Virus record (IMG/VR): IMGVR_UViG_3300022188_000229
Span: 28,896 to 92,895 of that record
Length of the DNA stretch: 64,000 nt
Source: a virus
Reading direction: 5' to 3' (one strand)
The position numbers and the translations under genes were made by a program. The notes beneath the pieces were generated by a model, which made no database searches, had not been told where the DNA came from, and was given only the letters and a program-made list of their open reading frames with translations. Positions 21,019 to 30,820 of this stretch are shown in pieces (the stretch's first letter is position 1; every line of letters starts with the position of its first letter).

Positions 21019-22827
21019 ATGGCTCTATTTGGAGTTGAAAATGGAGTACGAATAGAAACCTCAGATGGTAGTGCTGATTTGCTATTTGGTGTAACTGACC
21101 CTTCTGTATCCGGTAAGGCAGCCCCCGAGGGCTCTCTATATCTACGATCTACTGGTGTGTCTTATAAGAAGACAGGCCCTGGTGATCATGATTGGGAGTT
21201 AGCCTCACAAGCTGAAGGCGCGGCTATTGGTTATATTTTTATAACTGAAGTCACTAATGCTGGTAATATAGGAACAGAATCCTATGTTGCTAACACCGTA
21301 CCTGCTGATACAGTTTTGACAGAATGCACTACAGATACAACAGATGTTACTATTGCGTTCCTTGCGGAACCCGCTGGTTTCTATAGCCCTACTCTTTCAA
21401 TTAGTGGAACCAACTGTACAAATTTAGCCCAGTACGGAGACGATAGGCGTCTTTTTAGTGGGTCTATTGACGTTACTTTGACGTGTGCAGCTGGTGAATA
21501 TCAAGACTTTATAGTTGAGAGTTCCACTGGTCAGAGTACTTCAGTTAGAATAAATCGAGCTGGCGCAGGCCCAGAGATTAATGCTATTGTATTTGGAGCA
21601 TATCCTGGAGTACAGACAGACCTAAAAAATAACGACCAGATTGGCGTAACTGTTACGGTTGCTAATGATGCTTCGTCCGTATGGATAGAAGCTGATAAAG
21701 CATCTAAAACATTAGTCAATTTGACATTAGGCGCAGTAGATGGTGCAGGTGCTGGTTACAGAAATGCAACTGGTACAATAACTATTTCTACTATAGCCTC
21801 AAATTCACCAGTGGATGCCCAGGCAGAAAATGCTTTGGGAACTAGAGGAAGTGTATTCACTTCTGCTAACCTGAGTATTGATCAGGTTTATCCTACCATC
21901 ACATTTAACTCTATAACGTACCCAGCAACACAGGGTGCACTTAAAAATAGTGAGACTGCTGATGTAAATGTTTCTGTGACCAATTGGACACCTGGAACTG
22001 ATGATATTACTTATAGCAATCCACTAAGTCAACTTTCTATTCCGAGTACTACTACTTACGCTCAAACAAAAGTTGTTACTAGAATTGCTGGAGATTACAA
22101 CGTAACTTCCAACAACTATAGTATCTCTGCTACTAAGGTAAATAATGCTGCAACTAGTTCTTCTAGTTGGAATGTTAAAATTGCCAATGTCTTAGCACAA
22201 CTGACTGTTGTTGAGCCAGCAGCTAGACTTAGGACAGGAAGTACTGGATTTTCTAACGTTGGTCTTACCAACGCTGCTTCTACAGCAGAACACACAATTA
22301 CTCTTGTATCTAACCAGACATTGTCTGCGGTACCAACACTTGCTAACCCAGGTGCTGGCACAGGTACTTGGAAGAATGGTTCTTTTAGTAATATAAGTGC
22401 CATGAAATCATTTACTAATGTGATGCAGGTACCTGATAGTAGTACACGTGGTACACATTCTTGGGGAGCAATTAGTGGTACTAATCTCTCTGGTATGGTT
22501 ACTTCAGCTATTACAGGTAGCACTACTTATGTTATTGGTGGTTTCTTAGCTCGATACTACGAGATAATTCTTGGACAGAACTCAAGTTCTGGAGCAACTG
22601 AAGTCACTACCTATACTAAATTTACACTAGACTGGCAGTATACGAATGGGGATGGGCAGATCAAATCCCTCAGTCGTGCTGCAGCAGTCAATACTGCGCC
22701 ACCTGTTACGAGTCAGTATACTATTGATGCTGTTGATGGTAATCCCACCAACTTTATCATTATAGATACCGCTGCGACTCAGGGACAGACGGTAAATAGC
22801 GCAATACGTGTAGAGGAGGCTGTGTAA
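21019..22827 (+). CDS. Probable virion structural protein (Thr/Ser/Gly-rich, beta-rich)
   Basis: Composition, N-terminal APEGSLYLR tail-protein-like motif, strong RBS. Confidence 0.6.
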   Translation: MALFGVENGVRIETSDGSADLLFGVTDPSVSGKAAPEGSLYLRSTGVSYKKTGPGDHDWELASQAEGAAIGYIFITEVTNAGNIGTESYVANTVPADTVLTECTTDTTDVTIAFLAEPAGFYSPTLSISGTNCTNLAQYGDDRRLFSGSIDVTLTCAAGEYQDFIVESSTGQSTSVRINRAGAGPEINAIVFGAYPGVQTDLKNNDQIGVTVTVANDASSVWIEADKASKTLVNLTLGAVDGAGAGYRNATGTITISTIASNSPVDAQAENALGTRGSVFTSANLSIDQVYPTITFNSITYPATQGALKNSETADVNVSVTNWTPGTDDITYSNPLSQLSIPSTTTYAQTKVVTRIAGDYNVTSNNYSISATKVNNAATSSSSWNVKIANVLAQLTVVEPAARLRTGSTGFSNVGLTNAASTAEHTITLVSNQTLSAVPTLANPGAGTGTWKNGSFSNISAMKSFTNVMQVPDSSTRGTHSWGAISGTNLSGMVTSAITGSTTYVIGGFLARYYEIILGQNSSSGATEVTTYTKFTLDWQYTNGDGQIKSLSRAAAVNTAPPVTSQYTIDAVDGNPTNFIIIDTAATQGQTVNSAIRVEEAV

Positions 22828-22828
22828 T

Positions 22829-23395
22829 ATGGCATCTATAGATGGTAACGCGTTTGAGACTGAGCGTAGGTTTATTCAGCTTAAATTTAATACGAACATG
22901 CCTGATTCCAGTACTTTGGGATACGATGGCAACCCAAATTCAGTAACCAATGGAGCTAATGGTGGTGAGACTTTAATTTATAATGTCGCATTAGGTGCTA
23001 GTTTCTTGCAGAGTAGCGGGGCTCTTTGGTTTAAGAAGTCTCTTCCAAATACTTGGGTTGAACTTGGGGGAAGTACAACTGTTGCAAGTAATATTGTTTC
23101 TTATGTTATTCCAGCTGGTAATACACAGCTGTTTTATACATTAGATTTAGCAAATAATCAGAACTTTGATTTTATAGTTGATACTGTACATGGGACAGAC
23201 AGAAGTTTAGCTAAGGTATCTGTACTTTGGTCTGACCCCTCAATGGAACAAAATGAGTATAGTTTTCTAGGACATAACATTCATATAGATATAGTAGCTT
23301 CGGAAAGTGGTGGAAATTGTTTACTCAATATCACAAATAATGAAGCAACTGATGTCACCGTTATTGTCAAAGTGGACGCATTCAATGCTTTATAG
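22829..23395 (+). CDS. Probable virion structural protein
   Basis: Adjacent to the previous gene; beta-rich. Confidence 0.5.
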   Translation: MASIDGNAFETERRFIQLKFNTNMPDSSTLGYDGNPNSVTNGANGGETLIYNVALGASFLQSSGALWFKKSLPNTWVELGGSTTVASNIVSYVIPAGNTQLFYTLDLANNQNFDFIVDTVHGTDRSLAKVSVLWSDPSMEQNEYSFLGHNIHIDIVASESGGNCLLNITNNEATDVTVIVKVDAFNAL

Positions 23396-23408
23396 CAAAT
23401 AATAAAAC

Positions 23409-23437
23409 GTAAACCTACCTTTCGGGGTAGGTTTTAC
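23409..23437 (+). terminator. Hairpin, putative intrinsic terminator
   Basis: GTAAACCTACC-TTTCGG-GGTAGGTTTTAC inverted repeat. Confidence 0.55.
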
Positions 23438-23449
23438 ATAAGGCACAAT

Positions 23450-24142
23450 ATGTATAGAAAAGTAAAATATGAGTACGTTAAAAATTCTTTCGAAAAGGAA
23501 GGGTATATACTTATTAGTAAGGAGTATATAAATAATTCTAGTAAACTTGAATATGTTTGTCCTCAAAATCATAACCATTCTATAGTTTGGCATGCTTGGG
23601 TGAATGGGAAGAGGTGCCCTTATTGTTCTCGAAAAGCTAAACCAACTTTAGAGCAAGTTAAAAAATCTTTTGCTTTAGAAAATTATACTCTATTGAGTAC
23701 TGAATATATCAACAATAGCACATCACTTGAGTATATTTGTTCTTATGGTCACAAACATAGTATAAGTTGGGGTCATTGGGAAAGTCATAAACGTCGCTGT
23801 CCAACATGCAGATACATTAATAATTCTGGGGCAGATAATTTTAATTGGAAAGGTGGGATATCATTTGAACCTTATTGTGAAGCATGGAAAGACAGAGAAT
23901 ACAAACAAGATATAAGAGATCGTGATGGTAATAGATGCTTAAATCCGTACTGTGATTCTCCTAATAGAAATGATTTAACTATTCATCATATTGATTATGA
24001 TAAGAAGAATTGTAGACCAAGTAATTTAATAACTGTATGTAGGTCATGTAATTCAAAAGCTAACACAGATAGAAAATGGCATAGATATTGGTACAACTCA
24101 ATTATTAATAGGAGGTATAATTATGGGTACAATAAAGATTAA
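23450..24142 (+). CDS. HNH homing endonuclease with two Zn-ribbon repeats
   Basis: Two EYINNSSKLEYVC-type repeats; IHHIDYDKKNC...CRSCNSK. Confidence 0.88.
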   Translation: MYRKVKYEYVKNSFEKEGYILISKEYINNSSKLEYVCPQNHNHSIVWHAWVNGKRCPYCSRKAKPTLEQVKKSFALENYTLLSTEYINNSTSLEYICSYGHKHSISWGHWESHKRRCPTCRYINNSGADNFNWKGGISFEPYCEAWKDREYKQDIRDRDGNRCLNPYCDSPNRNDLTIHHIDYDKKNCRPSNLITVCRSCNSKANTDRKWHRYWYNSIINRRYNYGYNKD

Positions 24143-24305
24143 CACATTAAAAGGTTTGATAGCCAAAGCTAATAGGGTGATGGGTATTAAGAAAAAAAGA
24201 CCAAAGAAACATGTAGCTAAAAAACCTAACAAAAAGACTAAGGAGACTCCTATTGAATCAGATAAAGAGTCGCATATAATAGACATCACTATATAAAGGT
24301 GGTAC

Positions 24306-24884
24306 ATGAATCTAACTGACGTTCAAGATGAGGCAGCTAAATGTAATATGTGTGGACTAGCAAAGAACAGGCAAGTACCTGTATTTGCTAAAGGGAATCC
24401 TTACTCTAAGATATTAATTTGTGGTATGTGTCCTGGTCCTGATGAGAATCATCCTAAGAATGAGATGGGGTGGCCCTTTGTGGGTAGATCAGGGAAGCTT
24501 TTGGATCATATATTAGAGGATACTACTTTAACACAGCGTGATGTATACATAACTAATATAGTTAAATGTTTCTTGAAACCAGGACTTCGGTTAGATGAAA
24601 GATGTATAGATAGATGTTTACCTTATTTAATAGAACAGATAGGGGCTATTGAACCTAAGGTTGTTCTAGCTTTAGGAGCAGATGCCGGCAGAGCGTTGTT
24701 AAATAAACCAATGTCAACCTCACTGTCTTCTATGAGAGGTAAAAGATATAAGTTCACAGAAAGCATAAGTATTATAGTAACATATCATCCCTCGTATTTT
24801 TTACGGCAGGGTGGTAGAAAACACGACCATTATAATAGAATAATAGACGATATAGAATGGGTAAAGGAGATCATTAATAGATGA
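24306..24884 (+). CDS. Uracil-DNA glycosylase family 4 (Fe-S)
   Basis: CNMC, GMCPG, PFVGRSG, TNIVKC, TYHPS. Confidence 0.92.
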   Translation: MNLTDVQDEAAKCNMCGLAKNRQVPVFAKGNPYSKILICGMCPGPDENHPKNEMGWPFVGRSGKLLDHILEDTTLTQRDVYITNIVKCFLKPGLRLDERCIDRCLPYLIEQIGAIEPKVVLALGADAGRALLNKPMSTSLSSMRGKRYKFTESISIIVTYHPSYFLRQGGRKHDHYNRIIDDIEWVKEIINR

Positions 24885-25089
24885 TTAAATTACTACATCC
24901 CAGTCATAATTGGACTGGACGCTAGCTATCTATATAACTAGCATATTTTCCCTTTAGCGATCACTTGTTTCTTAGAAACCGAAGTTTAAAGGGTTATCAT
25001 ACTCTTGATTAGGCTAGGTGGGGCGCAAAGCGGCCCCCTAGCCATAAGCTTTTTGATTTAAAATATAAATTAAAAGGAGAATTAATTTA

Positions 25090-25653
25090 ATGGCTAAATA
25101 TACTTTGGATTTATGTACCGGAGGAACAGCTTCTTCTAATGGGCATTATTTAAGTTATGCTCCAGGTGCTGCCTTTGATAATAATATAGATAGTTTTTAT
25201 CATAGAGTAGGCTTTCCTTCACAATTACAGTATGAGCTTGTTGAGCCTAGAATTATTAAAAAATATACTATTAGAGGAAGGGCTGGTGTACCAAGCCAGT
25301 CTCCTTATATATTTACATTTGAAGGATCTAATAATGCTGTAGCTTGGGATATATTAGATACACAGGTTGCTTTTAATCCTTGGAGTACTAATTTATTTCA
25401 AGAATTTATTATTAGTAATAATACTAGTTATCTATATTACAGATTAAATATTACAAGAGCAGTAGGAGCTGGGGACAATGGCAGCGTGGCTGAGTTTGAA
25501 ATGATGGAAATGCTTGATCCAATTCCTACGTCTACAATTTATAATACTTCTTCAGTTAAAAAAAATATTAGAGGCAAAGCTGCTGAAGGTTTTATCCGCC
25601 CAACAATTACTGAGTTTTTTACTAGTAAAGATTTTGAAGAGACGCTGAAATGA
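25090..25653 (+). CDS. Discoidin/F5-8 type C-like protein with shared C-terminal motif
   Basis: AFDNN, FEGSNN..WDILD, YYRLNIT; ends RGKAAEGFIRPTITEFFTSKDFEE. Confidence 0.7.
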   Translation: MAKYTLDLCTGGTASSNGHYLSYAPGAAFDNNIDSFYHRVGFPSQLQYELVEPRIIKKYTIRGRAGVPSQSPYIFTFEGSNNAVAWDILDTQVAFNPWSTNLFQEFIISNNTSYLYYRLNITRAVGAGDNGSVAEFEMMEMLDPIPTSTIYNTSSVKKNIRGKAAEGFIRPTITEFFTSKDFEETLK

Positions 25654-25694
25654 TGGAAGGTATTTGGGAATAATAAAATTTAAGGAGAAACAAG

Positions 25695-26096
25695 ATGATC
25701 TTAGGGCCAAATGATAGTACCCTAGCTGACAATGCTAGTGAGATGAAAGACCAAAATTTTGGAGGAAACAGGGAGTTCACTGAAGGAGTCCAACAAAAAG
25801 ACCAGGACTATAAGACACCTGTAGGAGGCTCATCTAATATAGAAGAGAATCCTGTAGAAGAAGTAACAAGAGACACAGACGAAATGACTGACCCAGCTAT
25901 TAGAAAGAGAGAATTTTCTAGACGAGCTGAGACACAGGATCATCAGGACCATAATAAAGACAGGTTCCCTGAGTCTGAGCCAGACAACAGGCCACTAGAA
26001 GATACTACTCCAGTAGCAGTACCTGATGATAAGTACCACGGTGATAGACTTAAGTATCATTTTGGTGAAGGCCAGTATGAGAGTGAAATGAGTTAA
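25695..26096 (+). CDS. Acidic, probably disordered hypothetical protein
   Basis: RBS AAGGAG; D/E-rich. Confidence 0.6.
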   Translation: MILGPNDSTLADNASEMKDQNFGGNREFTEGVQQKDQDYKTPVGGSSNIEENPVEEVTRDTDEMTDPAIRKREFSRRAETQDHQDHNKDRFPESEPDNRPLEDTTPVAVPDDKYHGDRLKYHFGEGQYESEMS

Positions 26097-26122
26097 AATA
26101 AATTCAATAAGGAGGAATTAAT

Positions 26123-26500
26123 ATGAACTTTGATGCTAATTGGCTTTGGATTACTTTAGTTTTACCCGTAATTATAGGTATTTTTAAAAATGAGATAGGA
26201 AGATTCTTCTCAGACTATACAGTGTATAAGAATAGAGCATTTGATGCTGATGGGGACCCTGGTACTGGTCAGCACTGCTATGTACAGAGCGGAGCAACAG
26301 GAGAGTATGTAAAGGTTTATGTAGATGAGTATCAATTTGGTTTAGCCCCCAGTAAAAGGAAAATAATTACTCACCAGAAAGATCCAGACGGAGATCAGGG
26401 TAAAGTAATAATTGTACCTTACTCTTATACAATATGGGCTAGTATGGTTAAAGGTTCACTACAAAAAGAAAGAATGGATAGAGTTTTACTTAATAAATAG
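26123..26500 (+). CDS. Hypothetical protein with N-terminal transmembrane helix
   Basis: WLWITLVLPVIIGIF; RBS AGGAGG. Confidence 0.6.
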   Translation: MNFDANWLWITLVLPVIIGIFKNEIGRFFSDYTVYKNRAFDADGDPGTGQHCYVQSGATGEYVKVYVDEYQFGLAPSKRKIITHQKDPDGDQGKVIIVPYSYTIWASMVKGSLQKERMDRVLLNK

Positions 26501-26519
26501 AATATTATTAAATAATTAC

Positions 26520-26550
26520 TTGACAAACCTGTAGTTGTGTATTATATTAT
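26520..26550 (+). promoter_or_regulatory. Sigma70-type promoter
   Basis: TTGACA at 26520 and TATTAT at 26542. Confidence 0.7.
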
Positions 26551-26583
26551 ATACATGTTTAATTAAAAGGAAAAGGATATAAA

Positions 26584-26994
26584 ATGAAAGAGCGGGAGTT
26601 AAAAAAAGAATTAAAGGGAGCTATAAAAGCTAAAGATACTTATAAGAAGGATGCTATTCGTATGATTCTTGGAGAGGTGCCTCGTCTTAACAAAAAGAAA
26701 GGCGAGGCAGTTACTGAAGATGAAATTACTAAAATTATAAGAGGACTAGTTAAATCTGAGGTCATTAGGCTTACTGCTGCTAATTATACCCATGAGAAAT
26801 CCGAGTATCTTACCTATTTAAAAAGTTACCTGCCTGAGATGATGTCAGAGAAAGAAATTGAGGCTTGGATACTTGACAACATAGATTTTAGTACTTATAA
26901 TAATACTATGCAAGCAATGGGTCCTATAATGAAAGGATTAAATGGTAAGGTTGACGGTAATCTTGTTAGAGAGATACTTACAAGAAGTACTTAA
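26584..26994 (+). CDS. GatB/YqeY-domain protein
   Basis: YLPEMMSE, MGPIMKGL, VDGNLV. Confidence 0.85.
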   Translation: MKERELKKELKGAIKAKDTYKKDAIRMILGEVPRLNKKKGEAVTEDEITKIIRGLVKSEVIRLTAANYTHEKSEYLTYLKSYLPEMMSEKEIEAWILDNIDFSTYNNTMQAMGPIMKGLNGKVDGNLVREILTRST

Positions 26995-27015
26995 TCTATA
27001 ATTAAAGAGATAAAT

Positions 27016-27585
27016 ATGATTGACCCAACTAACATAACGAATTATGCATTGACTCTATTTAAGTTAGAGGAGACTCTTTTATTTTGGGTGTTGGCTGCTG
27101 GTAAGAATGGTACTACAACAGCACGTCTCCTTGATAATTTACTAATAGACATAGAGGCTGATAAGATAGGTGTATTTAATGCTTTTAGATTATATACTAA
27201 ACCTAAGAGTATAGCACTTGAACTTAAGGAACATGGTATAGGATGCTATAATCAGAAAGCTAGAACTATATTTGAATTGATTCACTTAGACTTAGATTTA
27301 AAGACATGTACCGCAGAGGCTTTAGAACTGGTTCATGGAATTGGTATGAAGACTTCGCGTTGCTTCCTTATCCACTCACGAGAGAATATTCAGTACGCCG
27401 GAATTGACACCCACATGTTAAAAAATCTAAGAGTAAACGGTATAGAAGGTGTGCCTAAAACTACACCTACTAGTAAGAAGCTATACAGACGACTAGAGTT
27501 GGAAGTCCTGAGACTTTCAAGGGAAGCTGGACTCACTCCAGCCCAATATGATTTAGGTGTATGGAATACATACGCCGTAAAGTAA
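27016..27585 (+). CDS. HhH-superfamily DNA glycosylase/AP lyase-like protein (Ogg-like)
   Basis: HGIGMKTSRCFL, IDTH, DLGVW. Confidence 0.75.
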   Translation: MIDPTNITNYALTLFKLEETLLFWVLAAGKNGTTTARLLDNLLIDIEADKIGVFNAFRLYTKPKSIALELKEHGIGCYNQKARTIFELIHLDLDLKTCTAEALELVHGIGMKTSRCFLIHSRENIQYAGIDTHMLKNLRVNGIEGVPKTTPTSKKLYRRLELEVLRLSREAGLTPAQYDLGVWNTYAVK

Positions 27586-27595
27586 GGAGAAGTAT

Positions 27596-28717
27596 ATGTT
27601 TTCAGGAAGATACCCACAGAAAGAAAGAAAAGCTAAATTATTCCCATTTGGATTACCTACAGCGAAGAAAGTAAGTGTCATTGATGATCCAAACAATTTT
27701 TTGGCGGGAAAAGAGAAGTTTAAAGAATTATTGGTAACCAATAATGTTTGTAGTAAAGAATATCTTGTAGCTATTAGAGATCAGAAGAACTTTGATGGTT
27801 CTTTGAAGGGAATTTTTAGTATGCATGTTGATGAGTTTCCTCTCACTAGATTGAGGTCAGATGGTATCTATAATAGAACTGTTAAAGGTACAACTAAAGA
27901 GAAAGTTAAAAAAGGGTTCGATACCTTTGGGGGTTTTGAACTTAACTCAGCAATTTTTGTAGACGTAGACTCTATAGATGCTTATGGTACTTTTGAGATA
28001 ATTGATGGTCAAAATAGACAGGCTGTAGCAGTAGAAGAAGGTTACACTACTGTTCCAGTTATATTCTATAAGTTCTACGCAGAAAAAGCTAAGCATGAGT
28101 TCTATGAGATGTTGAATCTATGTAAGTCCTCTGTTAATAAGAAAGGAGAAATCCATCTTAAGGCAATTCAGGGATTTGCTGGTCCTAGATTAGCTTATAG
28201 AGCGTACAAGAATGAAAATTATATTCATCTGTTTCATAAAATTGAACTAGAGAAGTACATAGACATTGATACACGTGAAGTGTTATCTGGTCCGACAAGT
28301 ATTGGTGGAATTACAATTACTTACCCACAGTTCTGTCACGCAGTTAATGCGGCTGTTTTTCTAAAGAGTGAAGAGAGCAAAGAAAAAACTGTTGGGTCGT
28401 TTAATTATAGAATATCTACCACACCGGAGGAAGAGATTCTTGAGAAAGTAAATGACATGATGGGCATGTATGTGGAATGTTTAGACTATAAAACTGATAG
28501 TATCTTGAGGGCATTCTTTTCCTTTTATGTTAAGTTGCACAAGCAACACCCTGAGGTGTTCATGAGAGCTAAAGAACTTGAGAGAGTTAAAAAGCAGCTC
28601 ATGAGTATAGACCGTAAAGATATTTTATCTATAAAAGGACGTGATAGTAGAAAAGAAGTACGTAAATTGTACGAAAGTGCTTATAATTTTAGAAGACAAA
28701 AAAACATATTAGTGTAA
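27596..28717 (+). CDS. ParB/Srx-like (DGQxR) domain protein
   Basis: EIIDGQNR motif. Confidence 0.55.
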   Translation: MFSGRYPQKERKAKLFPFGLPTAKKVSVIDDPNNFLAGKEKFKELLVTNNVCSKEYLVAIRDQKNFDGSLKGIFSMHVDEFPLTRLRSDGIYNRTVKGTTKEKVKKGFDTFGGFELNSAIFVDVDSIDAYGTFEIIDGQNRQAVAVEEGYTTVPVIFYKFYAEKAKHEFYEMLNLCKSSVNKKGEIHLKAIQGFAGPRLAYRAYKNENYIHLFHKIELEKYIDIDTREVLSGPTSIGGITITYPQFCHAVNAAVFLKSEESKEKTVGSFNYRISTTPEEEILEKVNDMMGMYVECLDYKTDSILRAFFSFYVKLHKQHPEVFMRAKELERVKKQLMSIDRKDILSIKGRDSRKEVRKLYESAYNFRRQKNILV

Positions 28718-28727
28718 AGGAGTATTA

Positions 28728-29117
28728 ATGATAGACTTTGAGAGTGCTTTGTATAGGGTAGTTTTTGATATAAGTAATAGTGCTCAAAAAGTAGTATGGG
28801 AGTCTGAATGGGGTCTACAGTTGGTAGACCCCATCAAACCTAGAAGTAAAAAATGGATTTATTTAATAGAGACCAACGAGTTACACCGTATAAAGATCGG
28901 AGTAACTCGCTTCTCTAAATCTAGGTCAAGCTCTGTTGGAAACACTGTTGCTGATATAAGTGTGTTTAAACTAATACTACTTAATGAGAATTTAATTTCT
29001 GAAGATGATCTACATTATTTGTTTAAAAAATATAATTATAAAGGGGAATTTCATTATAAAGAATGGCCATTAGAGTATTTTATTGATACTTTAAATAAAA
29101 AGTTCTTGACAAACTAA
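28728..29117 (+). CDS. GIY-YIG-like (T5orf172-type) protein
   Basis: IYLI...IKIGVT...EDDLH...GEF. Confidence 0.65.
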   Translation: MIDFESALYRVVFDISNSAQKVVWESEWGLQLVDPIKPRSKKWIYLIETNELHRIKIGVTRFSKSRSSSVGNTVADISVFKLILLNENLISEDDLHYLFKKYNYKGEFHYKEWPLEYFIDTLNKKFLTN

Positions 29118-29135
29118 AAATAGTACATATATTAT
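29106..29135 (+). promoter_or_regulatory. Sigma70-type promoter
   Basis: TTGACA at 29106 and TATTAT at 29130. Confidence 0.65.
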
Positions 29136-29163
29136 GTAAACAATTTAATCAGATAGGAGAATT

Positions 29164-29841
29164 ATGATGAATAAAACAGAGAGAACAGCGTTACTAAAGA
29201 GATCTAAATCACAGAGGTTAGTGAGAGCTAATGCAAGTAAAACCAAACAGCTTTGGTTCGATGAGAAACCAGAAGACTTTTACCTAAGGTGTCATGCAGA
29301 TCTGACATCTCAGTCTTATGGTATTAGGATTCAGGAGTATATTAGAAATAAAGCGGGGCTTAAACAGGTAGCTTCTTCTAAAGACCAAGGAGACTATGAG
29401 AATAAATATGAGGTATTCATAGAGAATAAGATTAATTATAAATCAGTAGATGGTAAGTACCTGTTTCTGCAGATCAGGCCTTGGCAGAGAGTGGGCCACT
29501 TCTTTATAACAATTGATCCTGACAACAACTATACCGCTGATTATTTTTACTTAACCTTTGAACAGATACACGCTGAGCTCAGACAGTTAGGTACATATTG
29601 TCATGGTACTAAGAAAAGTATTAAGAATGAGAGACGTATGTACTCTATTAGATTTAATGAAGGCTCTGAGGCACATACTAGATGGTTGGCTAAGTATAAG
29701 CTTCCTTCTTATGAGGCAGCTATTACTAAACTTAAGACTGTTAAAAGAAAGTTTGTTTTCCTTAACACTGAGTTGAATAAACTAGCTCCGACCATTCTTT
29801 TTGGTAAAAAAGGAAAAAATAACTTGACAAACAAAAGATAG
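29164..29841 (+). CDS. Hypothetical protein, possible PD-(D/E)xK nuclease
   Basis: GD...IENK...QIRP pattern. Confidence 0.45.
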   Translation: MMNKTERTALLKRSKSQRLVRANASKTKQLWFDEKPEDFYLRCHADLTSQSYGIRIQEYIRNKAGLKQVASSKDQGDYENKYEVFIENKINYKSVDGKYLFLQIRPWQRVGHFFITIDPDNNYTADYFYLTFEQIHAELRQLGTYCHGTKKSIKNERRMYSIRFNEGSEAHTRWLAKYKLPSYEAAITKLKTVKRKFVFLNTELNKLAPTILFGKKGKNNLTNKR

Positions 29842-29853
29842 TGACTATATTAT
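29824..29853 (+). promoter_or_regulatory. Sigma70-type promoter
   Basis: TTGACA at 29824 and TATTAT at 29848. Confidence 0.65.
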
Positions 29854-29882
29854 ATGACATGAAGGAAAAGGAGAAAGAAAAT

Positions 29883-30809
29883 ATGAGTGATACAAAAGAA
29901 ACAAGAATTAAAGATGCATTATACCAACCGCTAACGGTAGATTCACGAAAAGGAAGAGGCGGAACTTACGATTATGTTAAATGGCAAGCGGTAGCGGATA
30001 GAATGAATGATGTTTTTGGTATGAATTGGAGTAGTAGTGTGGAATCCCAGGAAATCATTGGTGATATAGTTATAGTAAGAGTAAGTGTGTGTGCCAAAGA
30101 TCCCATCAGTGGACAGGAATTTTGTCAGGAGGGTTATGGGGGGTCTCAAATGAGATCATCAGATGAAGCTGGCTCAGCACATAAAGGTGCTTATTCTAAA
30201 GCATTAAAAGATGCTTGTAAAAAATGGGGTGTGGGTCTTCATTTGGAAGAGAGTGGGGAATCAAATTTTTCTAGTAAGCCAAGTGGCTTTTCAGGGCATG
30301 AGACAGCTATTCCTGCACCAAGTGCACCTCTGGTACCAATGACTAGTACGGCCTCACCCCCAGCATATACTATGCCTACACAGCAGGTAGTGGAAACACC
30401 TCTACCTACTACACCGCCGCCAGCAGAGACATTACAACAAGAGACACCTGCCCCAGTTTCAGCACCGGCTCCTGTAGATAATGTAGTACCTATGGCTCCG
30501 CCGGCACCAGCACCTAATACGCCTCCGGCACCAGCACCATCTCCAGCTCCTGCACCAAGTGCTACACCTGCACCGGTAACAGTAGCTAATGATGCTACGG
30601 CATCTCCTGATGCGCCTGGTACTATTAATAATGTACAGGAAATGGCAATTAAGAATCTTGCCAGATTAAGTGGGATCGAAGATCCAGCTCAGCTTTTAAC
30701 TGACCTTATTAATAAAGCAGACACTGGATTAACACGACAGGTTACAAATTTAAGTGACCTTAGCTACACCGAGGCAGTGAACGTAATAAAAGCTGCTAAA
30801 AATTTATAA
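29883..30809 (+). CDS. Rad52/Sak-family single-strand annealing protein with Pro/Ala-rich linker
   Basis: GRGGTYDYV, RMNDVFG.NWS, KGAYSKALKDACKKWGVGLHL. Confidence 0.85.
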   Translation: MSDTKETRIKDALYQPLTVDSRKGRGGTYDYVKWQAVADRMNDVFGMNWSSSVESQEIIGDIVIVRVSVCAKDPISGQEFCQEGYGGSQMRSSDEAGSAHKGAYSKALKDACKKWGVGLHLEESGESNFSSKPSGFSGHETAIPAPSAPLVPMTSTASPPAYTMPTQQVVETPLPTTPPPAETLQQETPAPVSAPAPVDNVVPMAPPAPAPNTPPAPAPSPAPAPSATPAPVTVANDATASPDAPGTINNVQEMAIKNLARLSGIEDPAQLLTDLINKADTGLTRQVTNLSDLSYTEAVNVIKAAKNL

Positions 30810-30820
30810 TAGGAGATAAT

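Noticed and set aside
30310-30620. CCAGCA/CCGGCA repeats as a CRISPR or DNA repeat array
   Set aside because: They are codons of a Pro/Ala-rich linker within the Rad52-like ORF. No spacer structure or cas genes occur in the window.
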